A stretch of 64,000 bases of DNA from assembly GCA_016188865.1 (NCBI GenBank), contig JACPGX010000001.1, positions 77,197 through 141,196 of the forward strand, in the 5' to 3' direction. The notes under the pieces were generated by a model that had not been told where the DNA came from, made no database searches, and worked only from the letters and a program-made list of their open reading frames with translations. Every line of letters begins with the position of its first letter. Positions within the stretch are counted from its first letter, which is position 1. This stretch comes from Candidatus Nealsonbacteria bacterium (lineage in GTDB: Bacteria > Patescibacteriota > Minisyncoccia > Minisyncoccales > MHMH01). A program made the translations under genes and the position numbers. This document shows positions 29,430 to 39,120 of the stretch, piece after piece.

Positions 29430-31205
29430 TTAAAACTTAACCGTTTCTCCCGGCCCAATGACTCCTTCTTTAGCTTTAGCAGGGGCGGATGGTTTCGCTT
29501 CTTCCAATGCTTGTTTCAACTCTGATAGATTGATTTCCTTTCTTTGGAGCTTTGGACCTTCTTCTCTGCGCCTCGAAGCAGAAAAAGGAACAACCGCGGG
29601 TCTTTCTATTATTTCTGGCGCCTTCGGCCAAGATGGCGCCTCTGCTTTTGACTGTTCAATATCGCTCACCGCAGGTGGTTCGACATGGCTCACCACGGGC
29701 GGTTCAACGCGACTCTCTGCGGCTGGTTCAGAAAACTCCTCTTTTTTTTCTGGCTCAGGAGACGCTGGTTTTTTAGGACCTATACCTAGCTTGGCTCTGC
29801 ACGCCTTGCAATAAACCGGCCTTTTGCCATCGGGTAAAAAAGGCACTTTGGTGTCTTTGCCGCACATTGAACAACGGGCATCGTAAAGCGTAGGCCCGGC
29901 TGAGTTGGGTTGCAAAGTTGCCGGCATTTCTAAGAGGCCGGTCCATTTGGCAATCTTTTCATCTACTTCTTGACGAGGGGTTCCGTATCTCTCTCTGGCA
30001 ACATTAATAATCTTTTCCCTGTTTGATTTTTCCGGCCCGGGAAATGGCGCCAGCGTTCTAGCAGAAAATGGACGGCCGGCAACGCCGTCAATCATTAATT
30101 TTAAATAAATATTGTATTTAGCTAAATTCACTAAATCCGTTGCTAAAAATTCTGGAGTAAATTCTTTTTCGAGCCATTCGGCGTCTTCTGCCCCTACCCT
30201 GAAAGAAACTATCGTGCCTACGTTTCCAAAAACCGCATCCCTAACTTCTTCTTCCATTTGAGTAATGTATTGATGCCCCAAGATTAAAGCCAATCTGTAT
30301 TTTCTAGCTTCAGAAAGTATGCTGACAAAAGACTCTGTAGCGAAATTTTGAAACTCGTCAATATAGAGGAAAAAATCTTTTCTTTTTTCTTCTGGGATAT
30401 CAACTCTCTGCATGGCAGCTAACTGTAATTTGGTAATCATTAAAGCTCCCAGTAAACGCGAGTTGTCTTCGCCGATTCTGCCCTTAGAAAGATCCATTAT
30501 CAAAATCTTTTCTTCATCCATAATTTTTCTCATATCGATTGATGATTTGACCTGGCCAATGATATTCCTGATTATTGGAGCTGAAACAAATTGTCCTACC
30601 TTATTTTGAATGGCAGCTGTGGCCTCTACCTCATATCTCTGGGTATATCTCGAATACTCTTGCACCCAAAAAGCCTTGATAACTGGATCGGTGACTCTCT
30701 CAACTACTTTTTTGCGGTATTCAACGTCAGACAACATTCTGTTAACTCCCAAAAGAGTCGCATCAGGATACTCCAACAAAGCCAAAATGCAATTATTCAA
30801 AATATACTCCATGCGGGCAGACCAGACATCCGGCCAAATTTTCTTGAAAACGCCCATAAGCCCGCCTGCCACCAAATGCCTGTGGCTGACATCCACTTTT
30901 TCCATAATATTAAAAGAAATGGGATATTCTAAATCAGCCGGATTGAAATAAATTACGTCATTAATCCTATTTGCCGGAATAAAATCCAATAACTCTTCGG
31001 CAGCTTCTCCGTGAGGATCAACAAATCCTATGCCATGGCCATTTTGAATATCTTGAATCGCCATATTTTTTATCATGACGGTTTTGCCCATGCCTGTTTT
31101 CCCAATAACATAAAAGTGCCGACGCCTGTCGTCGATCTTTATGCCAAACTTCCTGTTGGCATTTCGATAAGTTGTTTCAGCAAAAAAATTAATTTCACCA
31201 GCCAT
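29430..31205 (-). CDS. VirD4/TraG/HerA-like ATPase with CxxC-x17-CxxC domain
   Basis: GKTGMGKT, DPHGE, LYIDEFQNF, SEARKY; CSMC..CKAC. Confidence 0.85.
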   Translation of the reverse strand: MAGEINFFAETTYRNANRKFGIKIDDRRRHFYVIGKTGMGKTVMIKNMAIQDIQNGHGIGFVDPHGEAAEELLDFIPANRINDVIYFNPADLEYPISFNIMEKVDVSHRHLVAGGLMGVFKKIWPDVWSARMEYILNNCILALLEYPDATLLGVNRMLSDVEYRKKVVERVTDPVIKAFWVQEYSRYTQRYEVEATAAIQNKVGQFVSAPIIRNIIGQVKSSIDMRKIMDEEKILIMDLSKGRIGEDNSRLLGALMITKLQLAAMQRVDIPEEKRKDFFLYIDEFQNFATESFVSILSEARKYRLALILGHQYITQMEEEVRDAVFGNVGTIVSFRVGAEDAEWLEKEFTPEFLATDLVNLAKYNIYLKLMIDGVAGRPFSARTLAPFPGPEKSNREKIINVARERYGTPRQEVDEKIAKWTGLLEMPATLQPNSAGPTLYDARCSMCGKDTKVPFLPDGKRPVYCKACRAKLGIGPKKPASPEPEKKEEFSEPAAESRVEPPVVSHVEPPAVSDIEQSKAEAPSWPKAPEIIERPAVVPFSASRRREEGPKLQRKEINLSELKQALEEAKPSAPAKAKEGVIGPGETVKF

Positions 31206-31214
31206 AAATATAAT

Positions 31215-32564
31215 TTATTCCTCCATCGGTAAACCGGGAGGAGCTTCTCCTCTTTTCGATTCTACTCGAGAAACAAAAGGAGCTGGAGCCACCATTCTGC
31301 CGGGAAAGTGAAAAATAGTTGCCAATTCTTCGGTGTTTAGAATAAAACTAGTCTTGCCCGATGACTTTGGAAATAATGGAGGGAATCTTTTGATGTAACG
31401 AAAAAATAATTTTCTTTTCCTGACGAAAAGCCGGCGCAACCTGAACGGACTAATGGGAATTGGCAGATTGATAAAAGTAATATAATGCTTAATTTTAGTT
31501 AAAGTTTGGGGGTATGGCCTTGGAGAATTTAAATTTTCAGTAGCGAACTGATTAAAGAAACCAAAGGGAATAGCCTTAGCTCCGCCAAAATAAACGTCTC
31601 TTTTGGCTAAATAAATAAACCTTGCAAAACACATAAAACAACGCTTGGCAACCTTATTTTCTACAGCTTCAACGACATCTTTTTCGCCGGGAGTAAGCCG
31701 CAATTCTGCCGGGAAAATTTCTACTTTTTTTTCTTCTGGACCGGGCGCTTTACCGTAAACTACTTCTTCAAATATTTCGGTTAAAATAGGCTTCTGTTTT
31801 GGCGCAGCTTCCCTTTTGGCCAACTTATCGGCAACTTTTCTACCCTCTTTTACAAAATCATAAGTACCGCCGGCTTTAATATCGGTAACGCTAAGAACCG
31901 GCGATGCCGCAATCTGAATCCATAACTGTTCACCGGGACCCAATTTTGCCATTCCTTCCAATAAAGTAGCTAAGGGGTCGACTCTTTTCTCTTCGTCAAT
32001 TGATTCTTGTTCTTCAAAAAATTTAGAATAAGTTTTTATCGGAAAGACATCGGACTTTTGCAATATGTAATCTGTGCCCCACATTTCCCAATCTTTATTC
32101 GGCAGATCTTGGGGAACATACTTTATATAATCATCGGCTTGCAAAATCTCAGCTTCCGGATACTGAGAATAAATTGACGCCTCGATAGCGTTTCTGCGGC
32201 CCTCGCTGCACCTGACAAAAAGATGCGGCTCCCCGCCCAAACTTACCATTTCTAACTGAACGCTATCTAGATCTTTGCCCTCAAACCAGTATTCATACCA
32301 ATCTGGAGGATCAAAAGTATTTCCCCAGATAGCCGAAAAAACCTGCTCCATTGCTTTCAGGGGCTTTAATACTTCTTTTGGCATTTTAATTTCCAGCAGA
32401 ACTTTTTTTTGCGCGAACATCCACGTTTCCATTCTCCACCACCGCCAAAAAAATAAAAAAGGGCGCCAAAGCACAAATGGCATAGGCACCCACCACCAAA
32501 GCTCAATGAAATTCCAAACTTTCCCAAGCGCAGAAGCAATAAATATGGGTATTGTCTGTTCCAT
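31215..32564 (-). CDS. Membrane-anchored hypothetical protein preceding the ATPase
   Basis: N-terminal Trp-rich TM; ILNTEELATIFHFP. Confidence 0.7.
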   Translation of the reverse strand: MEQTIPIFIASALGKVWNFIELWWWVPMPFVLWRPFLFFWRWWRMETWMFAQKKVLLEIKMPKEVLKPLKAMEQVFSAIWGNTFDPPDWYEYWFEGKDLDSVQLEMVSLGGEPHLFVRCSEGRRNAIEASIYSQYPEAEILQADDYIKYVPQDLPNKDWEMWGTDYILQKSDVFPIKTYSKFFEEQESIDEEKRVDPLATLLEGMAKLGPGEQLWIQIAASPVLSVTDIKAGGTYDFVKEGRKVADKLAKREAAPKQKPILTEIFEEVVYGKAPGPEEKKVEIFPAELRLTPGEKDVVEAVENKVAKRCFMCFARFIYLAKRDVYFGGAKAIPFGFFNQFATENLNSPRPYPQTLTKIKHYITFINLPIPISPFRLRRLFVRKRKLFFRYIKRFPPLFPKSSGKTSFILNTEELATIFHFPGRMVAPAPFVSRVESKRGEAPPGLPMEE

Positions 32565-32583
32565 TTATATATTATATCCTATT

Positions 32584-33540
32584 CTACGCTTTTCTGATAG
32601 TATATTTACCTTCTGAATTTTTAAGGAAATATTTGGTATTTTGCAAATTCAATAAAATAGTGCTCGGCTGAACCTGCCTCTGTTTTAAAACCTCTTTGAC
32701 CACGGCATCTTTATCAATCGGGCCCAAAGAATTGCTCACTACCCTTGCTATTACTTCTTTTACAAAGCCGGGCTCATAACCCCACTCCTTAAGAGCATAA
32801 AGTCCTCTGCCCACTAAAACAAACCTCTGGTCTTTTATTAGTTCATTATGAACCGTTTGCACTAAAGCGTCTTTGCCTATAAGCCTGGCGACTTCTGTGA
32901 AATGAAGCGGCTTTTGTTCTTGCTTTATTACCAAATAGGCCCTATCTTTAACGCCTCGCGGATTTACTTCGGGCCAATGTTTTAAGCCGTAGAGCCCTTG
33001 AGAATTTTTTAAGATATTTTTGGAAATCTCAACATAAGACAAGGGAACATCTTTTGGCAAGGGCAATAATTGTTTTTGCGCTTCCAAATGATTGGTAAGG
33101 TCATTAATGGCTTTTTGGGCCATGTTAAAAGCATTTTGGTCAATATTCCAAAAACTATAAAAGTTTTGAGAATCAGCGCATCTTTGAAAGGGTTTAGCCA
33201 AAGTTAAAAGGAAAAAAACATGATTTTTAAATTTTTGCCCGCCCAAGTCGGAAAGCGCCAAGTCTTCCCTTTTTAAAGAATACGATTTTTTAAAATAATT
33301 GGTAAAATCTTGTAAAACTCTCTGGTAAACAGGAGATTCAAACTTTTCTTCCAGCTTATCGAAGGCGTCGTTTTCAATTTGGCGAACTCTTTCTCTGGTA
33401 ACTCCAAAACTCCGGCCAATAGCTTCAAGGGTTTCTTTATCTCCTTGCAGACCAAAACGCCTAACTATCACCTCTTTGTGCCTAGCAGGCAAGTCCTTTA
33501 ATAAATTACTATGACAAATTGTTTGGTAATTGTATGCCAT
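32584..33540 (-). CDS. Sigma70 region 4 plus HARE-HTH/RNAP-delta-like protein
   Basis: TLEAIGRSFGVTRERVRQIE; PLHFTEV..TVHNELIKD.RFVLVGRGLYAL. Confidence 0.8.
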   Translation of the reverse strand: MAYNYQTICHSNLLKDLPARHKEVIVRRFGLQGDKETLEAIGRSFGVTRERVRQIENDAFDKLEEKFESPVYQRVLQDFTNYFKKSYSLKREDLALSDLGGQKFKNHVFFLLTLAKPFQRCADSQNFYSFWNIDQNAFNMAQKAINDLTNHLEAQKQLLPLPKDVPLSYVEISKNILKNSQGLYGLKHWPEVNPRGVKDRAYLVIKQEQKPLHFTEVARLIGKDALVQTVHNELIKDQRFVLVGRGLYALKEWGYEPGFVKEVIARVVSNSLGPIDKDAVVKEVLKQRQVQPSTILLNLQNTKYFLKNSEGKYTIRKA

Positions 33541-33551
33541 TACATTGACAT

Positions 33552-34430
33552 TTAAGCATATCTTCTAAATATTGTCAAGAGGGGGGCTGCCAGAAAAATG
33601 GAAGAATAAGTGCCGGCAGTAACTCCAATAATTAAAGCCAAAGAGAAGTATTGCAGAGTTACTCCTCCAAAAAAGAAAATTGCCAGTAATACCAATAGCG
33701 TCGTTAAAGAAGTATTAAGGCACCTGGTAAAAGTTTGAGCCAAACTTTTATTTAGGGTTTCCCCGAAAGTCGGGCTTGCGCCTCTCATCAGATTTTCTCT
33801 GATCCTATCGAAAACCACAACAACATTATTAATGGCATAGCCCACAACGGTCAAAAGAGCAGCCACTACTGGTATAGTAATTTGGACTCCATAAAATTTA
33901 CCGAGAATAGAAAAAACGCCGATAGGTATTGCTAAGTCATGGGCCAAAACAACTAAAGAAACTAACCCATATTGCCATGAGGGAATCGGTCTTCTGATTT
34001 TCCTGAATGCTAAAACAATATACACAACGATAGCAAAAACAGCCAAAATTATAAGAGTTACGGTTTTTTCTTTGAGCTCTTTGCCAATAACCGGCCCCAA
34101 TGAATCAAAACGCTTTTCTTCAAATTGGCTCTCGGCGCTTAATTTTTCAATAAGCAACCTGTGAGTTTCCTCCGGGATATCTTTCATCCTGATAAGAACC
34201 CCCTTCTCATTGCTCGGCTGAATATAAATTTCTCCCAAATCAAAATCAGCAACGCTTTCTCTTATCGATTGATTTGACGGCCTTTCGTCTTTATATTCAA
34301 GCTCCAAAATGCTGCCGCCAGTAAAATCAATCCCCGGATTTAAACCAAAAATAAATAAGCTGACTAAACTGCTTAAAACTAAAATTCCGGAAAAAACAAA
34401 ATAGATATTTTTATAACGAAGAAAATCCAT
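33552..34430 (-). CDS. secF: Protein translocase subunit SecF
   Basis: GIDFTGG, GPVIGKEL, VFDRIREN, GTYSSIF. Confidence 0.95.
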   Translation of the reverse strand: MDFLRYKNIYFVFSGILVLSSLVSLFIFGLNPGIDFTGGSILELEYKDERPSNQSIRESVADFDLGEIYIQPSNEKGVLIRMKDIPEETHRLLIEKLSAESQFEEKRFDSLGPVIGKELKEKTVTLIILAVFAIVVYIVLAFRKIRRPIPSWQYGLVSLVVLAHDLAIPIGVFSILGKFYGVQITIPVVAALLTVVGYAINNVVVVFDRIRENLMRGASPTFGETLNKSLAQTFTRCLNTSLTTLLVLLAIFFFGGVTLQYFSLALIIGVTAGTYSSIFLAAPLLTIFRRYA

Positions 34431-34440
34431 CTGATTTTAA

Positions 34441-34483
34441 GAGGTCCGACCTCCTCTCAAATTTGAGTGGAGGTCGGACCTCC
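34441..34483. repeat. REP doublet
   Basis: GAGGTCCGACCTCC...GGAGGTCGGACCTCC. Confidence 0.85.
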
Positions 34484-34488
34484 AAATA

Positions 34489-35649
34489 TTATAGGTATTT
34501 GCGTAACTCATCTACCTTATTCGTCTTCTCCCACGTAAAGTCCGGGTCATTTCTGCCAAAATGACCGTAAGATGCTGTTTTTTGATAAATTGGCCTCTTT
34601 AAATTTAAATGCTCAATAATTTGCTTTGGCCTGAAATCAAAAACTTTTTTGACTATTTCTGCAATTTCATCGTCGGGAATTTTTCCCGTGCCTTCAGTAT
34701 TAACAAAAATTGAAACTGGTTTGGCTATACCGATAGAATAAGCAACTTGCAATTCGCATTTATCGGCTAAACCAGCCGCTACCACGTTTTTAGCTGCGTA
34801 GCGGGCCATATAAGCGCCTGACCTATCCACTTTAGTAACGCATTTGCCGGAAAAACATCCGCCGCCATGAGCTCCCACTCCGCCGTAAGTATCTACGATA
34901 ATTTTCCTGCCGGTTAGACCAGTATCGGCCGGAGGGCCGCCAAAAACAAATCTGCCTGTTGAATTGATAAAATATTTAGTGTTTTCGTCTACTAAATTAC
35001 CGACAATTGGCATAATAACATGCTGCTTTATATCGGCTCTAAGCTTCTCTATGTCAACATCAGCTGAATGGTGAGCGGCAATTACCACTGCTTCTATCCT
35101 CTTTGGCTTGCCGTTTTCGAATTCTACGGTGACCTGCGATTTCCCGTCTGGCCTCAAATAAGATAGAGTTTTATTTTTTCTCACTTCAGCCAATCGCTTG
35201 GTTAATTTATGGGCAAGCACCAATGTTAGGGGCATCAGTTCTTCGGTTTCATTTGTCGCATAACCGAACATCAAACCCTGATCTCCAGCGCCCTGCTCTT
35301 TATCCTTATCTTTACTTTCATCAACGCCTTGAGCAATATCAGGGGACTGTTCATGCAAAGTAACGATTACTCCGATATCATCTGCGCAAAAGCCGTACTC
35401 TTGTTTATTATAGCCTATTTCCCTAAGCACTCTTCTGACTGTATCTTGAATATTCACATAGGCCTTCGTCCTTGCCTCGCCTCCGACTACCACCAAGCCC
35501 GTGGTGGCGAAGCATTCTACGCCAGCGTGGCTATCCGGATCCTGCTTCAACATCTCATCGTAAACAGCATCAGAAATCTGATCGCACACCTTGTCAGGGT
35601 GTCCTTCGGTAACCGACTCTGAAGTGAATAAATATTTTTTTATTGCCAT
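34489..35649 (-). CDS. metK: S-adenosylmethionine synthetase
   Basis: [35 protein letters not shown]. Confidence 0.98.
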   Translation of the reverse strand: MAIKKYLFTSESVTEGHPDKVCDQISDAVYDEMLKQDPDSHAGVECFATTGLVVVGGEARTKAYVNIQDTVRRVLREIGYNKQEYGFCADDIGVIVTLHEQSPDIAQGVDESKDKDKEQGAGDQGLMFGYATNETEELMPLTLVLAHKLTKRLAEVRKNKTLSYLRPDGKSQVTVEFENGKPKRIEAVVIAAHHSADVDIEKLRADIKQHVIMPIVGNLVDENTKYFINSTGRFVFGGPPADTGLTGRKIIVDTYGGVGAHGGGCFSGKCVTKVDRSGAYMARYAAKNVVAAGLADKCELQVAYSIGIAKPVSIFVNTEGTGKIPDDEIAEIVKKVFDFRPKQIIEHLNLKRPIYQKTASYGHFGRNDPDFTWEKTNKVDELRKYL

Positions 35650-36956
35650 AGCAAAGTAAGCTTTTCGAGTTTTGTGCCAACAAATACCCGAAGAAAGTTT
35701 TTAGTTATAAAAATAGCCGAAAACATACTTATTATAATACCAATACTTAAAGTTAAAGCAAATCCCTTTACAAAGCTAGTTCCAAAACTAAACAAGATAG
35801 CAGCCACAATCAAGGTGGTAAGATTGCCGTCCCTGATTGCCGGCCAAGCCCGCCTAAACCCCTCTTCCACCGCTGCGGGGAAAGGCCTTGCCGCCTTTAA
35901 TTCCTCTCTCATTCTTGAAAAAATTAAAACATTAGCGTCAACAGCCATGCCGATAGAAAGAATTACTCCTCCGATGCCAGCTAAAGTTAAAGTAATCGGT
36001 ATTAACTTGAATAAAGACAAAATTAAAACTACGTAAATAAGCAACGCCAAAGAAGCAAGAAATCCCGGAAGCTTGTAAAATAAAATCATAAATACCGCTA
36101 TGGCTAAAAATCCCCAAATTCCGGCTTTTAAGCTTTGTTCCAAAGATACTTTTCCTAAAGTAGGCCCTACAGACTGCTGGGAAATTAAACTGATGGGTAG
36201 AGGCAGGGCGCCGGCATTTAAACTGCGGACCAGGGCTTTCGCCTCTTCAACTGTAAAACGTCCGGTAATTTGAGCTTTTCCGCCAGAAATTTTTTCCTGA
36301 ACTGTCGGCACAGAAATAGGAATGCCATCTATATATATTGCCAAAGGTTTGCCAATATTTTTTTCCGTAAGATCTCCAAAAATTTTAGCTCCATCATCGT
36401 CAAATTGGAGCGATACCTGCGGCGAATACGTTGTTTGATCAAAACTCAATTCGGCCCTTTTTAAATATTTACCCGTTAAAGAAGTAATCCGAAAGGGATC
36501 CTCATATTCTCCGGAACCCGCTTCTGCTATTTTTTTATTGCTTTCTAGAATTTCCTGATAATTTTCTTTCTGCTCTTTAAATTCCAAATAAGGAGTCTGG
36601 CCTATCATATCAATGGCTTGCCCAGGATCGAGAACCCCCGCTAATTCAACGATTAATCTATGGTGGTCGCCCTGCTCCTGAACCTGCACTACCGGCTCTT
36701 TTACGCCAAAAATGTTGATTCGCCTTTCGATGACGTCCCGCAGCCCCTGCATAGAAGAACCGTAATCAACCTTAGCAATACCAGATAAATCAGCCTCGTA
36801 AATTAAATGAGTCCCCCCCTGCAAATCAAGCCCCAGCTTGAAAGGAATATTCGGCAGATATCTTAAATTCAAAAATTGCGGGTAATCTAAATTGCCAGCC
36901 AAGAAAGTTAAAATAAAAATAACCGCGATAGTAATATAAACTTTATTTTTTGGCAT
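35640..36956 (-). CDS. secD: Protein translocase subunit SecD
   Basis: [25 protein letters not shown]. Confidence 0.95.
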   Translation of the reverse strand: MPKNKVYITIAVIFILTFLAGNLDYPQFLNLRYLPNIPFKLGLDLQGGTHLIYEADLSGIAKVDYGSSMQGLRDVIERRINIFGVKEPVVQVQEQGDHHRLIVELAGVLDPGQAIDMIGQTPYLEFKEQKENYQEILESNKKIAEAGSGEYEDPFRITSLTGKYLKRAELSFDQTTYSPQVSLQFDDDGAKIFGDLTEKNIGKPLAIYIDGIPISVPTVQEKISGGKAQITGRFTVEEAKALVRSLNAGALPLPISLISQQSVGPTLGKVSLEQSLKAGIWGFLAIAVFMILFYKLPGFLASLALLIYVVLILSLFKLIPITLTLAGIGGVILSIGMAVDANVLIFSRMREELKAARPFPAAVEEGFRRAWPAIRDGNLTTLIVAAILFSFGTSFVKGFALTLSIGIIISMFSAIFITKNFLRVFVGTKLEKLTLLWQ

Positions 36957-36957
36957 C

Positions 36958-37614
36958 TTATTTCATTCTAAGGCCTTTAATCGTCTGGTAAAAAATCTCT
37001 TTATATTTTATCCACGATTCTTCAAGGGTATTAAAAGAAAAGGCCCAAGCGGTGTTTTCCTGACCCGCGACTAAAGCTACGAAAGTGCCGAATTTTAAAT
37101 TTTTCTGAACGCTCTTTATTTCCATAAAATATGCTTCTTTATCACCCGCTAAAGTCTGCTCCTCTTTAATTATCTCTATAATGGGAATACTGTTTATTAA
37201 ACTAATTTTTACTGCTTCAAAATAATCTTTTAGTGAATTTTCTCCTAATTCAGTCCATTTAATAGAAAGATTGGTTCGGAAATCAATTTCCCTGGCCTTT
37301 TCATCCAAAACCGCCTCTTTAGAATCGACTATCGTTATAGGTAAAGTATTATCTTCGGATGTCATCTCCCACCCCGATGGAAGAGTTAAGGCAAAATAAT
37401 CTGTATCCAAATTCATATATTGCGGCTGTATGACTTCTTTATGCGGCTGCGTTACAGGATTATTTATGGCTTGTTCATTCGGATTTTTTAATTCTAAGCC
37501 TGGCTCAGAGGTCGAAGTAAATGAACTGCCCTTTTTGCCTAAAAAAACTAAAAAAACTATTATAGTCGATAAGATTATTATAAAAATAAACGTAAAAATA
37601 ATTTTATTTTTCAT
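36958..37614 (-). CDS. Membrane-anchored PsbP/DcrB-like protein
   Basis: N-terminal TM; FALTLPSGW pattern. Confidence 0.55.
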   Translation of the reverse strand: MKNKIIFTFIFIIILSTIIVFLVFLGKKGSSFTSTSEPGLELKNPNEQAINNPVTQPHKEVIQPQYMNLDTDYFALTLPSGWEMTSEDNTLPITIVDSKEAVLDEKAREIDFRTNLSIKWTELGENSLKDYFEAVKISLINSIPIIEIIKEEQTLAGDKEAYFMEIKSVQKNLKFGTFVALVAGQENTAWAFSFNTLEESWIKYKEIFYQTIKGLRMK

Positions 37615-37710
37615 TTATCTATTATTGCAAATTATATAAAAATAATCAATATGCCGCCAAATGAAATGGCGCTGATGTCTTGCGACACCAGCGCCTTTCT
37701 TGTCTAGTCC

Positions 37711-38181
37711 TTAAACTTGGACAAACTTTGCCGGGAGAGTGGCAGTGGCAGAGTAAACGTGAATACCTTCACCCCAATCTTCCACGGCGAAACTATAGCC
37801 ATCTTCTGCCTTATAAACAGAATAGATGACTTCCAGCTCCTCCATTCCCCTATTGGTGGCGCTGATCATCTTGGCCTTCTGCCGGTATTCGCTGGGGAAA
37901 ATTTTGGTGCCAAGAATGGGGTCCTTCATAAAACGAGGGTGGCCCTTCAGTCTTGCGGCCAACTTCCTCTCGTGCTCTGCCTCAGACCAGAGCACGAGAT
38001 TGCCTCCCTCGATTTCCAAGGCAAACTCTGCTCCATGAGCGTGAAATACCAGGCATCTCCATCGCTCGCCGTCTTTCTCATAGACGGCCACCTCGTCAAC
38101 AAGATGAGTGGAACCCATAACTGTTATGCTGTCGCCCGGCTCTACTTCTTCCAGCGCCCTCAAAAGCTCCCTCTTTCTCAT
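37711..38181 (-). CDS. Hypothetical protein
   Basis: GAGGAGG SD, own TTGACA-17-TATAAT promoter (38221-38249), higher GC. Confidence 0.65.
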   Translation of the reverse strand: MRKRELLRALEEVEPGDSITVMGSTHLVDEVAVYEKDGERWRCLVFHAHGAEFALEIEGGNLVLWSEAEHERKLAARLKGHPRFMKDPILGTKIFPSEYRQKAKMISATNRGMEELEVIYSVYKAEDGYSFAVEDWGEGIHVYSATATLPAKFVQV

Positions 38182-38261
38182 TTTGAAACGAACCTCCTCT
38201 CTATATTTTTGTACTTTATAATTATAGCACGTCTTCTCAATCTTGTCAAATAAAATTTTCC

Positions 38262-38756
38262 TTAATTAAACCGCTGCCATTCGGATTTTTGGCCGCTTCT
38301 TTTGTTAGTGACCATCGCCAGTTCGTCGTATATCCCATCAAGAAGTTCATAATTTTTTGACTCCTCCAAGCTTACCCATGCATACTGATCTGATTCGTCT
38401 TCTTTAAGTTTTACGTCTCCGCCAATATACTCTGCCATGCAAGATATTACGAGTGATGGACTTCCATCTGCGTGAACAGTCGCCAAGCTTGTCACATATT
38501 CAATATTATCTATATTAATTCCCACTTCTTCTACTACTTCTCTGCGTAAAGTTCTTTCGAGCACATTGTACCAATAAAACTCGGTGTCTTTGGGCAGCTG
38601 CAGATAATCGTTTGTTTCCATTTTACCGCCGGGCACCGTCCACTTGCCCGGAAATCTTTTTTTGTTAGGCGAACGCCGCGTAATCAAAAACTTACCATCT
38701 TTCACAATGATGGCGGTGATTGCTACTTCGTGTAAATATTGATTGTTATTTTCCAT
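38262..38756 (-). CDS. NUDIX hydrolase
   Basis: WTVPGGKME ... LRREVVEEVG (Nudix box with an insertion). Confidence 0.85.
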   Translation of the reverse strand: MENNNQYLHEVAITAIIVKDGKFLITRRSPNKKRFPGKWTVPGGKMETNDYLQLPKDTEFYWYNVLERTLRREVVEEVGINIDNIEYVTSLATVHADGSPSLVISCMAEYIGGDVKLKEDESDQYAWVSLEESKNYELLDGIYDELAMVTNKRSGQKSEWQRFN

Positions 38757-38787
38757 TGTACTTCTTATTACTTAGGAACTTAGTTCC

Positions 38788-39120
38788 TTAAATCGCTGTT
38801 TCTAATGGATAGATGTCCATAGCGATTTCTTCGTAAGGATGAACTTTTTTTATCGCCCTTAAAACTTTTTTCAATTTGCTCCTCTCGCATCTGGCCTCTA
38901 TTCTTTCTTCGAAAACCTGTTCCAATTTACCCGCCCTGCCGATTGCCGGCTTGGCTCCTTTTTTGGGCAGAAACCTGCCCTTTCCTTTGGCCGAAAAACT
39001 ACAAAATGAATAGTTCCCTATTTTCCCGGCTCCAGCTTTTCCCAGCGCCTTTCTCACCGCATCAGCATGCGTCTCAGGCGTAAATACTACAATTTTTACA
39101 AATTTATATTTATTTTCCAT
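38788..39120 (-). CDS. YqfO/NIF3 PII-like insert domain protein; start at MENKYK
   Basis: AGAGKIGNYSFCSF, HPYEE. Confidence 0.8.
   Translation of the reverse strand: MENKYKFVKIVVFTPETHADAVRKALGKAGAGKIGNYSFCSFSAKGKGRFLPKKGAKPAIGRAGKLEQVFEERIEARCERSKLKKVLRAIKKVHPYEEIAMDIYPLETAI

Noticed and set aside
29430..32564. Conjugative element based on the VirD4-like ATPase
   Set aside because: No relaxase, mating-pair genes or integrase; it lies among housekeeping genes
37717..38253. 178-aa plus-strand ORF
   Set aside because: Antisense shadow; the promoter and SD support the minus-strand gene
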